A stretch of DNA of 64,000 bases, from assembly GCF_964204645.1 (NCBI RefSeq), contig NC_134028.1, forward strand, positions 18,545,653-18,609,652, given 5' to 3'. Under the pieces are notes generated by a model. That model saw nothing but the letters and a program-made list of their open reading frames with translations, had not been told where the DNA came from and did not search any database. Position 1 is the stretch's first letter, and every line of letters begins with the position of its first letter. Origin of the DNA: Tubulanus polymorphus. Taxonomy: Eukaryota > Animalia > Nemertea. Position numbers and translations under genes: made by a program. Shown piece after piece: positions 1 through 13,500 of this stretch.

Positions 1-1240
1 AAGACAAAGCCGGGCTAGGACTATATAAATCGACACACTTACTAAGTTCGAGATACTAAATTAGAGAGCCGACTCTATTATAATCCTCACAACCGAACAA
101 ACTAACAGCGAACTAAGCTCGGCACAAATATAAAATGAATTGCTCGCCATTTTGTGACTCCCGAAATTACGTCAGAGGTGCGAAATTCCCGGAAATTCAG
201 AGAATTTCCCGTTTTCACATCGGAAACTCAAATATAGGTCAACACAAGAAACTTATAGAAAGCGAAGAATTTTCGATGCTTTTCGCGTTTTTCTCGAAAA
301 ATATTGCATCGTCCGTTCGAAGCTTACCGGCCTGACCTCTGCGCATCATTTCTACTTGCTTCACGATATAAGACAACCTCGTAAGTATTACCACTAAATT
401 TTGTGCCGCGATTTAACATACTCTTGGCAGACTGCCAACCAACAGCCATAACATAGGTAAACCAAAAAGTCTCTGTGAGTACATCCCTGTTGAATATAAA
501 TCCTTAAACCCAAGTCCAAGACGTCTCAGAATGGGGATTGATCAGCATGGAAATGTGCCGAGTGGTGATTAGGAAAGTGCTTCAGCGCCATCAGACATGT
601 CCCAGGGTTCTGAATCAGAATCAGACAAAACATCATCTGATAGTGAGGAAAAGTAAGGCTTAATTTAATGCTCACATGAGGTATTGAATTGATATCTATA
701 TGGAATTAGAATGAGAAGTTTTGCATAAAAAATCAATTTTCACATCTGTGCTACCTGTTTGAAAATCTATGTTGGTTATTTGGTTCATGCACGGAAATCA
801 TTTACGTGTTCCAAAATGCGTTTAAAATTTTAGGCAAAAATCCCAAGCTGGGGCAAATTGTATTTTATGTACATTTCGCATACTGTTCATTTCATGAAAA
901 CATGCAATTTTTCAAGAGTTGTTGTATTTTAAAAAATAAAATTCTATCTTAAAGAATCTTTTTGCTTTTTCTCAAAATGAACATTTTGTGGGTCGTCTGG
1001 TTTTTGCATGGTGCCACAGAGTTGTTTTACACAATGTTGTTTGACAACCATTGGGGTCTCTGTGAAAACTCCTATCGCCGATATATATCAGGTAGATGCG
1101 GTTCGTTTGGCTGGCTGCGATTCGAATTATTCAAATTTAAATTCAGTGAAACAAGTAGATGGTCTTGGAAACTGTACCTGTGACGTTAATCCAAGCGATT
1201 GTCAAGTGTCGTTGATTAATGGAAAAGGGTGGAATTCAGA

Positions 1241-2112
1241 TCAGAAGTACCGTCGTTTGAAGATAATGCATCGTTTAGAAAGAGTCTTCAGGAGATAATA
1301 TAAAACCGGACTGAAACTTAACCCAAAAGTGCCTGTTCGGACGTCGTTCTTTAATTCATCACAGTCATCGGATTTTGTACCAGGGATTGAAGCAGGTTCA
1401 TTGAAAGTGGAAGTGATTACGAAGTGGCCGACGCTGAAAACAGTAGAAGTTCCGGAGTTCATTTACCGACTACTATCGGAAATAAGGTAGTATCTTGGGT
1501 CCTTTCCTAGTATCCCATGGACTCCGGTAACGCTACCCAGATCCGGGAATAGAATATTCCACAAATGAGTCAATTTTTCGCTTAACTGTAACCAAGGAAC
1601 TGCTTCCATACCGTCGCACACTTTGTCAACAATGTAGAATAGCTGATATCCTAGAACGCGATCAGGATTACTAAAATGACCGATAGTGAGATCAGCGACT
1701 TTTGATTCCGCAGTGACTTGGGACTGTCGAATACTTTGACCTTGAATTGTTTGCTTTTTCGTTTTCAAATGACTATGCCCTGCTGCCACTTTCGAACTAA
1801 CATAACTAATATCGCAACATTCATCTATAAATACGATAATGCATTCTTTATATTCGCCATCTCCAATAAATATCGGAACTGTTCACATACCTATCATGTT
1901 TTTCTCACGACTATCGACTGTGAATGTAAGCAATGTGACTTTCGTTTGTTTCGGATTAGTTTCTGATGACAATTGTTCTAATTCTGGATTTCTGTTATTG
2001 TTTTCGGAATTGTCATTACTGCTAACTGGATTCTGAGGAGTCAGTTTTCTATTTCTATGCAGTAAAGGATAGTGCGACAGCTTACATCCAGACATATTAC
2101 ACTCGTTACTGG
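1241..2112 (-). pseudogene. BEL/Pao retrotransposon remnant: end of gag (third Zn knuckle) and aspartic protease
   Basis: Minus-strand ORFs 1883-2167, 1463-1789 and 1241-1462 are in one frame, separated by stops. They read CNMSGCKLSHYPLLH (BEL-type third knuckle) and then VFIDECCDISYVSSKVA (degenerate protease D-S/T-G region). Confidence 0.75.
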
Positions 2113-2247
2113 TGTTATGTATTTGATATTGTATACACTGTACAGTGATGACATCTGGTGGTAACAATATAAGTTAGATTTTATCTCCAACATGGCTTCC
2201 TTGTTGTAATTGTATTTTGAGCTCTAGGACAACTCAAGGATCTAACA
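2113..2247 (+). repeat. 5' LTR of Gypsy-1
   Basis: Direct repeat of 6816-6950 with 2 mismatches seen in 135 bp. Confidence 0.97.
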
Positions 2248-2259
2248 TGGTGTCAGAGT
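2248..2259 (+). promoter_or_regulatory. Primer-binding site, probably tRNA-Leu
   Basis: TGGTGTCAGAGT directly after the LTR resembles the complement of a tRNA-Leu 3' end (TGGTGTCAGAAGT). Confidence 0.75.
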
Positions 2260-2295
2260 AGTGATTGGACCAGAATCGTAAGTCATCTGTTAAAT

Positions 2296-5200
2296 ATGGA
2301 GCTCCTGCAACCTCCGAAGTTCACTGCGAACAAAGCTGGTCCCAATTTAGCCAAAGAATGGGCTGATTTTATAAGCGAATTCGACATCTACCTCGTTGCT
2401 TCCGGCAAACAAGATGGCGCAAAAGACAATAAAAAAATCGCCCTCCTGTTGTACGCGATGGGGCGAGAATACCAGACTGTATTCACAAACCTTACATTTA
2501 CCGAAGGTATGGATAAAAAGAAATATGATGTCAAAGGGTCATTTAACGACTATTTCGAGCCCAGAAAACTCCGTAAGGGTTATATTACGTTATTTCAAAA
2601 CCGGAAGCAAAACGCAAATGAGTCCATCCAAGAATATATCACCGTTTTAAAAGACTTGGCCAGTAAATGTGAATATATTGAACCGAATTTGTCCGAACAA
2701 CTGTGCGTGGCACTTAGTAACGGCATCAGGGACAGTAAATTACGTGAGAAATTATGGGCGGAAGATCTAAAACTGTCATACGAAAAGCGATACAATTCGA
2801 ACAACAACAATTTATGAGACCACTATACGATAGGTCGAACCCTCCTAGCGCAGACATAAATGCCTATAGCCGTGGACGCAGCACGTTTAGAGGCTATCGC
2901 GGGCGTGGTGGTGGTGCACGCTCACGCGCACCGTCCCAACGTGGTCGGGGAAATGGTACGACTACAAGTTTCGATAACCGGATTCAGTTTTCACCACGTG
3001 GACGTGGTAGATGGCAGCAATGAGCTGGCTATAATAATAATAGTGGTAATTTTAATAACGCGTGTGTCCAGTGTGGTGGTCGCCATCCACCTGCACGATG
3101 CCCTGCGTATGGTAAGACCTGCAGACACTGTCATAAATACAACCATTTCGAAAAATGCTGCAGAACTACAAATCGTGTGTACGAAAATTACGCTGACATA
3201 AACGAACAATCCAATTTGTACGATTATAATGCTGATCAGTACGTCTCAGCTGATCGACTGCAGTCTGGAGTATGGCAAGCGTCCGTACAGAGAGCAAACA
3301 ACCGAGAACCGAACAACTGGAGCTTTAAACTGCAGACTCCAGGTTGTGGCTACGTCAACTTTAAAATCGATACTGGGGCTGAGATCAACGCTATTTCAAA
3401 AGGTTGTTACAACAGTATGAGAATTAAACCTCCGATTATGTACAGCGATACGATAATTTACGGCTTTGGTCAACAAACAGTGAAACCGGTTGGATGTGTG
3501 AAGATTCCTGTAGTGTACAAAAATAAAGGAGAAACTTTACGATGCGAAATAATAGACGGCGAAGTACCGAACATTTTGTGTTTAAACAGTAGTATTAAAT
3601 TAAATCTGGTGAAACGTATCTATTCCGGTACTAACAAGGAGCACCAAGGTCCAGTATTAAAAAACTCTAATGACATTCAGAATCAACAGAAACATGAAAA
3701 TATCGAAAAATGTACGGATCCGAAGATAAAAGAACTCTTGTATGAATATATTGATGTATTTGATGGAATCGGTATGATTCCCGGTAAAGTATCGCTCAGG
3801 TATGACCAGCATGCCACACCCGTTTCACACCCTCCTCGAGGCGTTCCTGTGCCATTGCGCCTTCCCTAAAAACGGAAGTTAGAGGAACTAGTGGGGCTGG
3901 ACATACTTGAGAGAGTACCTGATGGTGAAGAAACACCATGGTTAAGTAGTGTTCACGTTTTATTAAAGAAAGACAATGTCGATGTTAGAGTTACTATCGA
4001 CCCTAAAGATTTAAATGAAGCCTTAATAAGGGAAGTTTTTCCTATGACTACTGATGATGAAGTGCTCACCAGGGTTCATGGCAGCAAACTATTTACGGTT
4101 CTAGATGCTAACTCTGGGTTTTATCAGCTGGAATTGGATGATGAGTCAAAGGCTTAAACTAGTTTTAACACACCTTTTGGCCGTTTCCGATATAAAAGGT
4201 TGCCAATGGGTATAAAATCGGCACCGGAATTATTTCAACGCCGAATGGTTGATATCTTTGGTGATTTGCCAAACGTGAACATTATAGTTGATGATATGTT
4301 GTTAGACTCTAAAGATACTATTGAACATTACCGTGTATTAAAAAGTGTTCTTCAGAGAGCGAGAGAAAAGAATGTTAAATTCTCATTACGGAAACTGGCA
4401 GCTTGTGCGAGCTCAGTTAAATATTCAGGTCATATCTTATCTGATGAAGGTTGTAAGATTGACCCCGAGAAGGCAAAAGCGGTCACAGAAATGCCTATGC
4501 CCAGTTCAGTAGGCGAAATTCAACGGTTGCTAGGCATGGCAACCTACGTCTGTAAATTTCTACCTCACCTGTCACACATCACAGAACCGCTTAGGCAGTT
4601 AATAAAAGAATCCCATAAAGAGGATTTCATGTGGCACTTTGATAAAATCCACAGTGACGCTGTTAATAATATTAAGCAGGCGATGACCAGTGCACCTGTG
4701 TAAAAATTTTATAGTGTAACCGATCCGATATTGATCCAATGTGACGCTAGTCAATCTGGTCTAGGTTGTATATTGATGCAAAATGAACACCCTGTTGTTT
4801 TTGGGTCTAAGGCTCTTACTGATGCTGAATACGCATATGCCCAAATAGAAAAAGAGCTTTTAGCTATTGTGTTTGCGTTAAGAAAATTCCATACGTATGT
4901 ATATGGTAGACAGGATATAACTGTCGAGACCGATCATCTGCCACTTATAAGAATTTTTCAAAAACCTCTTAACCAGGTACCTCTTAGGTTACAAAGAATG
5001 CGGTTGAAATTGCAGCAGTATGATTTCAAAATTGTTCATGAAAGCGGAAAAGATATTCCAGCTGCAGATGCCTTAAGTAGGGCATATTTACCCGAAACAG
5101 GTCCAGCTCTTAATGACTTCAGTCACATATTTTCTATATCGAGTAACGAAGTAAAAATGGTGTACTATTTGAATTCTCAAAAGTTAGATAAGGTTACATT

Positions 5201-6482
5201 AGAAACTGGGAAAGACGACTCATTACAAGAATTGATTAAGTATGTAGTATCTGATTGGCCTGCAAGTAAGCAGAGCCTTGATTCTAGAATTAGAAATTAC
5301 TATGATTATAGAGAGGAAATTTGTTATACAGATGGTATTTTGTTTAAAGGGGAAAGAATTATCATTCCCTCTACATTAAGACATACAGTATTATCGGACA
5401 TTCATAGTAGCCACCAGGGTATTGTTAAAAACAAGAACTTTGCGAGAGAATTGTTTTTCTGGCCTGGAATTACCAAAGAGGAAGAAGACATGGTAGCAAA
5501 ATGTGAACGTTGTCAGGAGAACAGAAGACAGCAAGAAAAGGAGCCTATGATTGCATCTCCAGTACCAACGTTACCATGGAAACATGTGGCTGTAGACCTA
5601 TTTGATTTTGAAAGTGAGAAATGGTTGATATGTGTTGATTACTATAGCGAGTACTTTGAGATAGAGAAATTATGTCCAGATGCTACTGGTCCAACAGTCA
5701 TCAAACAGCTGAGAAAATGGTTTTCGACACATGGTATACCAGATACAGTCACGTCGGACAATGGCCCACCATTTGATAGTTTTGAGTTTGGGAGATTTGC
5801 TGAACGATATGGATTCAAGCATGACCCATCTTCACCGAAACATCCGCAAGGGAATGGTCTCGCTGAGAAAGCGGTAGGCATAGCTAAATCAATGCTGAAA
5901 AAATGTGCACAAACTAACCAAGACCCCTATTTGGCTTTACTGGTTATCAGAAATACACCTCGTGACAATATTGTGGGTTCACCTGCACAGCGAATGTTCA
6001 GTAGGCGTACGAAAACTCACTTGCCAACAGCACCCGCTAGATTACAGCCTGAGATTCGAGAACCAGAAGCTGTGAGAGCCCATATGGAACATCACAGGGC
6101 TAAGGCTAAAGCCTACCACGACAAAGGAACAAGACCTCTCGATAGGCTGAATACTGATGACACAGTCAGGATTAGAACTGGTAAAACTTGGACTCCAGCA
6201 CTGATGTTACCAGAAGAAAAACAACCCCGGAAACCCAGATCATATGCAGTATTAACCCCTAATGGCACTATTTTTGATAGGGCAGAGAGGATACATACTG
6301 ACAACGACGCTCAAGAGGTTGACCCTCAGGACATATCAGACCACAGGGTACTAAATGTTCCAAAACAAAATGCTCCAAAAACACCGATCAGGGTTCCTGC
6401 GACTCCTGAAGCCAGAACTCCTGATATTCAGCCTCCTATGCGGCACAGTCCTATTCCTATGTTAGTAGATAATTTCCCTTAA
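2296..6482 (+). pseudogene. Gypsy-1 gag-pol, broken by stops and frameshifts
   Basis: Gag (2296-), protease FKIDTGA, RT LDANSGFYQ..MPMGI..IVDD, RNase H CDAS..IEKELLA..ETDH, integrase HHCC and D,D(SDNGP),E. Split over at least 6 ORFs. Confidence 0.95.
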
Positions 6483-6815
6483 CCTAGTGTTCAACCTAGT
6501 CCTATCTCTGTCAAAGCAGATTATGGTCAAAATACTACTAGGTCAAACAACCCGCTAGGTATCTAAACACTATTTGGGTAAAATTGGAACCCCCTGATAA
6601 GTAATGGTCGTAAAGTGTTATTATGCTTATTTTCTATATCAGACAGTTTTTACTTGTAACTAGTTCAGTTAACAGGCTGGTTTTACTATTTTTGAGTATC
6701 CCAACCTATTTTAGTGTACGTTAGTGTTTAAGTTGATTTGTGTAATTTTCATATGGTTACTGATCATTGTTATTTTAGGATATTACTTTTCTTTAATTTT
6801 TGTTAAAAAAGAAGA

Positions 6816-6950
6816 TGTTATGTATTTGATATTGTATACTCTGTACAGTGATGACATCTGGTGGTAACAATATAAGTTAGATTTTATCTCCAACATGGCT
6901 TCCTTGTTGTAATTGTATTTTGAGCTCTAGGACAACTCGAGGATCTAACA
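6816..6950 (+). repeat. 3' LTR of Gypsy-1
   Basis: Direct repeat of 2113-2247, preceded by AAAAAAGAAGA and followed by the TSD ACTGG. Confidence 0.97.
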
Positions 6951-6955
6951 ACTGG

Positions 6956-7379
6956 AACTACAATTCGAACCGAGATGACTGGGTAATAAACAGCGGAAAC
7001 ATAAGCCAAATTTCTTGGCTGCAAGCCAACGATCATCAACACTTCTCGACTTAAACTGATAACATTTGGGTGCGCAGTGATTCTGACCACAAATGTGATA
7101 TTTCGCAACATTTCCGACAAAAGTACCTCGCCTTCTCGAACTATCTCACGATCTTCGTTTTCCCACATTGGAATCAGTATTTCTATCGCCGCTGACAGTA
7201 TGCAGACCTCTAACTGATTCATGCGCTCTAATTTTTCTATTGATGATTTCGGCAAACCATTCACTTAATGTTGAGCAATCTTTCCATATATTCAAACATG
7301 CAACCAAACATAACGATTCATTCAAAGTGCACAGTGTCACTGGACAAAGTAACATCAATTTGATTGTTGTGGAAGGCAA
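6956..7379 (-). pseudogene. BEL/Pao gag remnant (first two Zn knuckles), upstream half of the element split by Gypsy-1
   Basis: Minus strand reads ..EWFAEIINRKIRAHES..HICGQNHCAPKC..RWLAAKKFGLCFRCLLPSHLGSNC and continues at 2112 once Gypsy-1 is removed. Confidence 0.8.
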
Positions 7380-7478
7380 GTATTTAGTACATTTTTCGAC
7401 TCCCGGTTTTTGTATTTAATTGCTTACCATACAGTGCTGCGACCAGGGCACTTGGTACTACTTTTGGCGGTTAATTCT

Positions 7479-7868
7479 GTTGTATATTAAGCCGCCATAG
7501 TTGTCGTTAGTGAATAAATGGTGTGTTGATATTCTTATAAATATCTCTTATGATTCATTTATTTCTCTAGGTAAGTGTATTGTTATTATTGACGTTATAT
7601 GCAGCTCGGTTAAAGCGCGTAGGATGGTGTATAAAGGTATCAATTATAGTTATTCTTTGAAGATCAATATGGCTGGCCTATATGAGTCAGTGCGTGCTAC
7701 ATTTGTAAGTAGAGTGAAACTATGAATATAATGGTGCTTTATAAGTCTAGTAAACAATTATAAATGGTGAATTCGGTTGTATATTAAGCCGCCATAGTTG
7801 TCGGTAGTGAATAAATGGTGTGTTGATATTCTTATAAATATCTCTTATGATTCATTTATTTCTCTAGG
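7479..7868. repeat. ~93-bp direct repeat (7479-7571 and 7776-7868)
   Basis: GTTGTATATTAAGCCGCCATAG...ATTTCTCTAGG occurs twice, nearly identical. Confidence 0.9.
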
Positions 7869-9129
7869 ATTAAACCGAGGTCTAAGGTGTGAGGTTGTCC
7901 ATCTTGCAGGTGTGGCGCTGGGAAGTGTGTCAAAGAACCTGTGAATAGCAGCTCTTCTGGTCCCCACACGTCAGAAACTCGAACGATCGATTAGGCCTCA
8001 CTGCATCCGTTATGAACCGGTTCAAAGATCATTAAGGCCGACTGAGTTTAAAGGCATCATTCCTGGCTGTTATATTGTGATAAAAAATTAAGTCACATAG
8101 CTAGCCACAAACAATCTACGTCACACATAACAAATGTTACAAAATCAATAACTGTACATACTCATTTCTTTTCACGGATGTATCTGATAACAATGTTTTT
8201 TACAGTTTGAGGCTTCTGCAACAAAATTTCAAGTCCCAAATCGTATATGGACTGGCCATGCTGTCATTATTCATCATCCTGTTTTCAATTTCACCATCGA
8301 AGGCATACACGTCATTACCACCAGACATCCATTCATACCGCTGGACTCCATGCCCAAATTCATACAAATGTAACAACTGAAGATTTTGCTTCACCAGCCT
8401 CATTACTTTCTACCACGAAGATGTTCATGTCAACGTCAGAATTGATGATTTGGTTAAAACCTATGGTGGCTTCGTATGTGATGGACAACACAGTGCCCCA
8501 GTCTCTCATGTTTTATTCTCGACAAGGGGCCATCTTCTACATTCCTGAGAAGTTTTGAGGTCGTCGGGGTCGAAATAAAGGTTTGACAGTCCCCCGAAAA
8601 GTGGTTCCCCAAATATCGGGACCTAAAAATTGGCCTCCGGAAAATGGTTATAATTCCCCTCGCGAGGGTCTGAGGTACTATTAACTCATTTGCGCACTAG
8701 CACCAGGCCTTCTACTATATGCCTGAGAAATTTCAGCAAGTTCTGAGTCGTTTGAAGGGTTATAATAATTTTTAGAAAATAGTCACTCTCGGGCCTAAAA
8801 ACGGATTCGCCGCTATTTTATTTGACTGTTTTAGTATAGTTCCTTGCTGTAAATAGTGCGTTATCGATCGTCTGCTCGACCGGAGCTAAAATTGAGAAAA
8901 TTTACCGGAACTATTTTTGATCGATTGCGCTGTAAATAGGACGAATAGGTAAGGGTTTTTAATCATTTTATCATCCAAATTGTACATAAAAAAGGTCTAT
9001 GATAGTTTTAAACAGTTTAAGATAGTTTAAAGCGTAATATTTGAGAATTTTTGAACTTTTTATAGGATGAATGCTCATTGCAGGTCACTGTGTCCCAATT
9101 CAATAAAATTTTACTGAAAAGACTACTAG

Positions 9130-9560
9130 ACCCGCTGTCAAATTTTGTTCTATGAAATTAGATGTTGTGAGGTTATTCATAAAATTTCAGGACGCACGGT
9201 ACCCTAAAAATATTTTTCATACCCCAAAAACCCTGAAATATTATCATTTTAGGAGTCATTTGGACCCGCTGGTTTTTGGTTGATCCGAGATCCGGTGTCG
9301 TATTTTTCTACGATACATTAGATACTTTTACGTGTACCCTAGAAGTTTCAGGGCACTCGGTACCCTAAAAATATTTTTTAGACCCCCAAAATGCCTTAAA
9401 TTGGCAAAATATTGATTTTTTCAGAGTCATTTGTACCCGCTGGTTTTTTGGTTGAACCGAGATCTGGTGTCGTATTTTTCAATGATACATTAGATACTTT
9501 AACGTGTACCCTAGAAGTTTCAGAGTGCCAGGTACCTTAGAAATATTTTTTAGACTCCCC
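9130..9560. repeat. ~173-bp tandem repeat, about 2.5 diverged copies
   Basis: ACCCGCTG...GATACATTAGATACTTT..GTGTACCCTAGAAGTTTCAG..GGTACC.TAAAAATATTTTT recurs at ~9130, ~9263 and ~9436. Confidence 0.8.
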
Positions 9561-10277
9561 GAGATACCACAAATTTGCAAAATATTGATTATGTATTGAT
9601 GTCTTTCATTTCAGCAGGGAAGCGGATTCTGATTACGATCCATTCGCGGATGAATCCACAAATATCGACACGGATGGTTAGGATCTTACTGCCATCTATG
9701 GTTTTGTACTACTGAACATACTTCTAATTACAATTTGACTCAATTTCAGTATCAAGCGATGAGTTGGAGAAGTCGACTCCGTCCAAGAAATTGAAGCTGA
9801 CTACGTCGAAGTCGACTCCATTGAAAAAGATGACTCTGTCGAAAAAGATGACTCCGTCGACGAAGTTCTATGAAAATTCGTGAACCGAACAAAGCTGCGA
9901 ATCCAGTCCCGGCTCCGGCCCCGGCAAATCAGTTGCGTCGGAATCAACTGGACTGGAACGACTTCCAGTATGCGATTCCCCCTGAAAAGTTTGAATTGTA
10001 TGTCCATCAAATAAGTTTGATGGAGTTGCAACTGTGACGAAATCGGCGTGGCGATACACTGACAAATCACCGTTATTACCTGATTTCATCACATATCTAT
10101 CTGGAAATTTGATGGAAGTGAGTACCAGATATCTTATTGTCACAATGAGATTCCACGTATATTTGTATGTTACCTTTTATTTCCAGCTTCTGACCGCAAC
10201 CACCGTCGATACACTAAAGCGACTCGACCAGCACCTCAAAAGCGTGCACCGAACCATTTGCCCTCGCGTCAGGGAGA

Positions 10278-10590
10278 TGTTAGAATCTATCTAATTATAT
10301 TGCTATTGTGATCTAACTTCTTTCATGTCTCTGTATCTAGCTGCCACCTGTTGGTAATTATGTGAACTTGTCAGACTATCCTTAAGATACTGACATTACT
10401 ATATATGGTAATGCAGCAAGTCACTGCACCATTATGAATATTCATGAGATGATGATATTTCTGTATTTGGAGGAATAAAGTTTAGTTCTGGTTTAGGCTT
10501 CAAGAAGTGAACATCCTTGTTGCTGTTGTCTCTCTGGTTTTGGTCTATCCACCATCAAGATCTACCATGGACGCCTCCTAAGGTTTAACA
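10278..10590 (+). repeat. 5' LTR of Copia-1
   Basis: Direct repeat of 14588-14889 with several substitutions and indels. Confidence 0.95.
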
Positions 10591-13500
10591 GGTTATGGGC
10601 CCAGGAGGCTTGTTTTTGATGGTGAAGAGAAAAATTATGAACTCTGGGAGATAAAGTTTATGGGCTTTATGAGAATCAAAAAGTTGATTAAAATCTTCGA
10701 GCCAGCCCCTGATGCTAATTCAGATGATGCTTTCAACAGCTGATGAAAAAGCTCAGACATTCGCGGAATTAATCCAGCTGTTAGATGACCGCAGCTTATC
10801 GCTAGTAATGAGGGACGCTAAAGACGATGGCCCGAAAGCATTAGAAATATTGCGAGAACATTATAGGTCGAAAGGTAAACAGCGCATTATCGGACTTTAT
10901 ATTGCATTGACCAACCTAAAAAATGGATAAGATGAAAGTATAACGGACTATGTGATTCGTGCAGAAAATTCTGTGACTACCCTGAGAAGTGCTGGAGAAG
11001 AAATAAGTGACAGTCTCTTTATCGCGATGGTGATGAAAGGTTTACCGAGTGAGTATAAACCTTTTAATATTGTAATTACTCAGAATGACAGTGATAAAAA
11101 GATGTGGTTCAGTGAATTTAAAGTGGCACTAAGATCATTCGAGGAATCAGAAAAATGTCAGCAGGGTGCCAGTGCTGGTGAAGACAGTAGTCATCAGAAT
11201 GTCATGAAAATTCAGGCAGGACCTATGCCTAGAAAAAACATTGTATGTTTCCGTTGTAACAAAACGGGACATAAGGCAGTGAACTGTTATTGTAATAAAG
11301 GCAGAAATAATATGCCAAAACCGTGACAAAAATGGTGTGGAAACTGTAACTCCCATAATCAAAACGAGTGTAGAAAATTGAAAGACACATCAGGCATTAA
11401 ATCAGTGGATGATAGTGAATCTTTCCATTTTAATGTTCGTGTCGGTCCTGGACATGAAAGGCAGAGTGATGACAGCCTTCTTGTCGTTAGTGGGGCTACA
11501 TCACACATTCTCAATGACAGATCAAAATTTGTTAAGTTTGATCCAACGTTTGATCCATCCAGGTATTTCATTGAGCTTGCAGATGGTAGCAGGACAAATG
11601 AACTGGCAAAGAATAAAGGTGATGCGGAAGTATGTATGATTGACAGTTTGGGGATTCCCCGCAAATTTGTAATGAAGAATGCATTATTTGTACTGTCATT
11701 CCCGGATATATTCTCTGTTCGTGCAGCTACAGAGCAGAGTGGATGTACTGTCTCGTTCAAACCCGATTCATCGGAAATAATCACTCGTGATGGAATAAAG
11801 TTTGACGTTGAAAAACATGGAACACTTTATCATGTGAATAACATGATGTCAACATTCAATGATACGAACACACTAAAGGAATGGCATGCGATATTAGGAC
11901 ACTGTTACGTCGAGGATATTGTGAAACAAGAGTCAGTCACCAAAAGAATAAAAATAAAAGGAGATAAATCGGATTTTCAATGTGAGCCTTGCGTTATGGG
12001 AAAAATGGCACAATATATAAACGGAACTCCGGACAAACGTGCAACTCGTGCATTTCAATTTGTGCATTGCGACCTTTCGAAAGTGGAACCAGCATCAAAA
12101 GAAGGTCACCAATATGCTTTGTGCTTCATTGACGATTATTCAGGGACATTAATGACTTACTTTTTGAAAGAGAAAAGTGATGCAGTTGAAGGATAAAAAC
12201 GTTTTCTGGCGGACAGCGCTTTGTAAGGAAAAGTCACAAGTCTAAGAAGTGACGGTGGTGGTGAGTTCATTTCTGAACACTTTTTTAGGGTTTTGGTAGA
12301 AAACCATATCAAATTTGAGAAGAGTGCACCTTACTCTCCCCACCGAAATGGCACGGTAGAGAGAAGTTGGAGGTCCCTTTTCGAAATGGCAAGGTGCATG
12401 TCTCTCGAGTCTCAAGTTCCTAAGTATTACTGGACATATGCAGTAATGGCAACAGCATACATTCGGAAAAGGTGTTTTAACCGTAGGCTTGGTATGACCC
12501 CTTATGAGGCAATTCTAGGTAAACAGCCCGATATAAGTCATATGCATCCTTTTGGTTTGAAGTGTTATGCCTACATCAATATCAAGAAAAAGTTAGATGC
12601 AAGGGCTGAGCAGGGTATTTCCCTTGGTTATGACAGGCACAGTCCTGCATATCTTGTGTAAATTAAAGAAAAAAATGTTGTAAGGGCAGTCAGATGTGTA
12701 AAATTTACTGACAAACCAGTAGTTGATTTTATTGCCAATGATTCTGAAGAGTTAATACCTGACACCCCAGGATTCGAACCCCGAACCTCGAAAAGAGGAA
12801 GGAGACGAGAGGCGCTACCCACCTAGGGAACATAAAAAGCCAACCTACCTTAAAGATTATGAAACAAATGATGATAAAGCAAATTGTAGTGTAGATTATA
12901 CGTATAAGGTGTTGTATCATGTACCCTCAAATTATGAAGAAGCAATGTCCTGTAGTGATTCGAACCTTTGGCAAAAGGTTATGGACGAGGAAATGGATTC
13001 TCTCAAAGAGAGCAATACTTTTACATTGACAGCCTTACCCCCAGGTAGAACTCCAGTGGGGGGTAAATGGATTTATGCTATTAATGAAATACCACAAGGA
13101 GTTAAGAGATACAAGGCTAGGTATGTAGCGAAAGGGTACAGCCAAATAAAAGGCATAGATTTTGAAGAAACCTTTTCACCTATGGCAAAACTAACATCAT
13201 TACGGGCATTAATGCAAATTGCTGTACAGTATGATATTGTTTTTCATCAGATGGATGTGAAGATGGCATTTTTAAATGCACCTATAGATGTAGAGATTCA
13301 TGGTTATTTTGTTGATTCAGATACAGGTGAAACTCTTGTTTGTAAGCTGAATAAATCTATTTATAGATTAAAACAGTCCGGTAGAAACTGGAACAGTGTT
13401 TTACATGCATATCTTGTTGACAGTAGCTTTCTTCAGAGCAAGGTTGATCCGTGTATATACATAAAACATGTCAAAAATGATGTAATTGTGATCCTAGTAT

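Larger units (their letters stand above)
2113..6950 (+). mobile_element. Full-length Gypsy/Ty3 LTR retrotransposon (Mag-like), inactivated
   Basis: 135-bp TG..CA LTRs at 2113-2247 and 6816-6950, 5-bp TSD ACTGG (2108-2112, 6951-6955), PBS TGGTGTCAGAGT at 2248, purine tract 6805-6815, domain order gag-PR-RT-RH-IN. Confidence 0.97.

Noticed and set aside
1-960. Promoter-like segment (CGCCATTTT, TTACGTCA) and short ORFs
   Set aside because: Short motifs with no associated gene or element visible in the window.
7425-7868. PBS/LTR of the minus-strand BEL remnant
   Set aside because: A TGG-starting motif and a 93-bp duplication exist, but no TG..CA LTR pair or TSD could be established.
8206-8558. 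Possible exon with a signal-peptide-like stretch (LAMLSLFIILFSISPSKA)
   Set aside because: The frame contains stops and has no recognisable domain, so it cannot be supported as a gene.
8555-8600. Terminal repeat pairing with ~26470-26500 to define the YR element ends
   Set aside because: Only weak GTCG/CGAC similarity, so the boundaries are left approximate.
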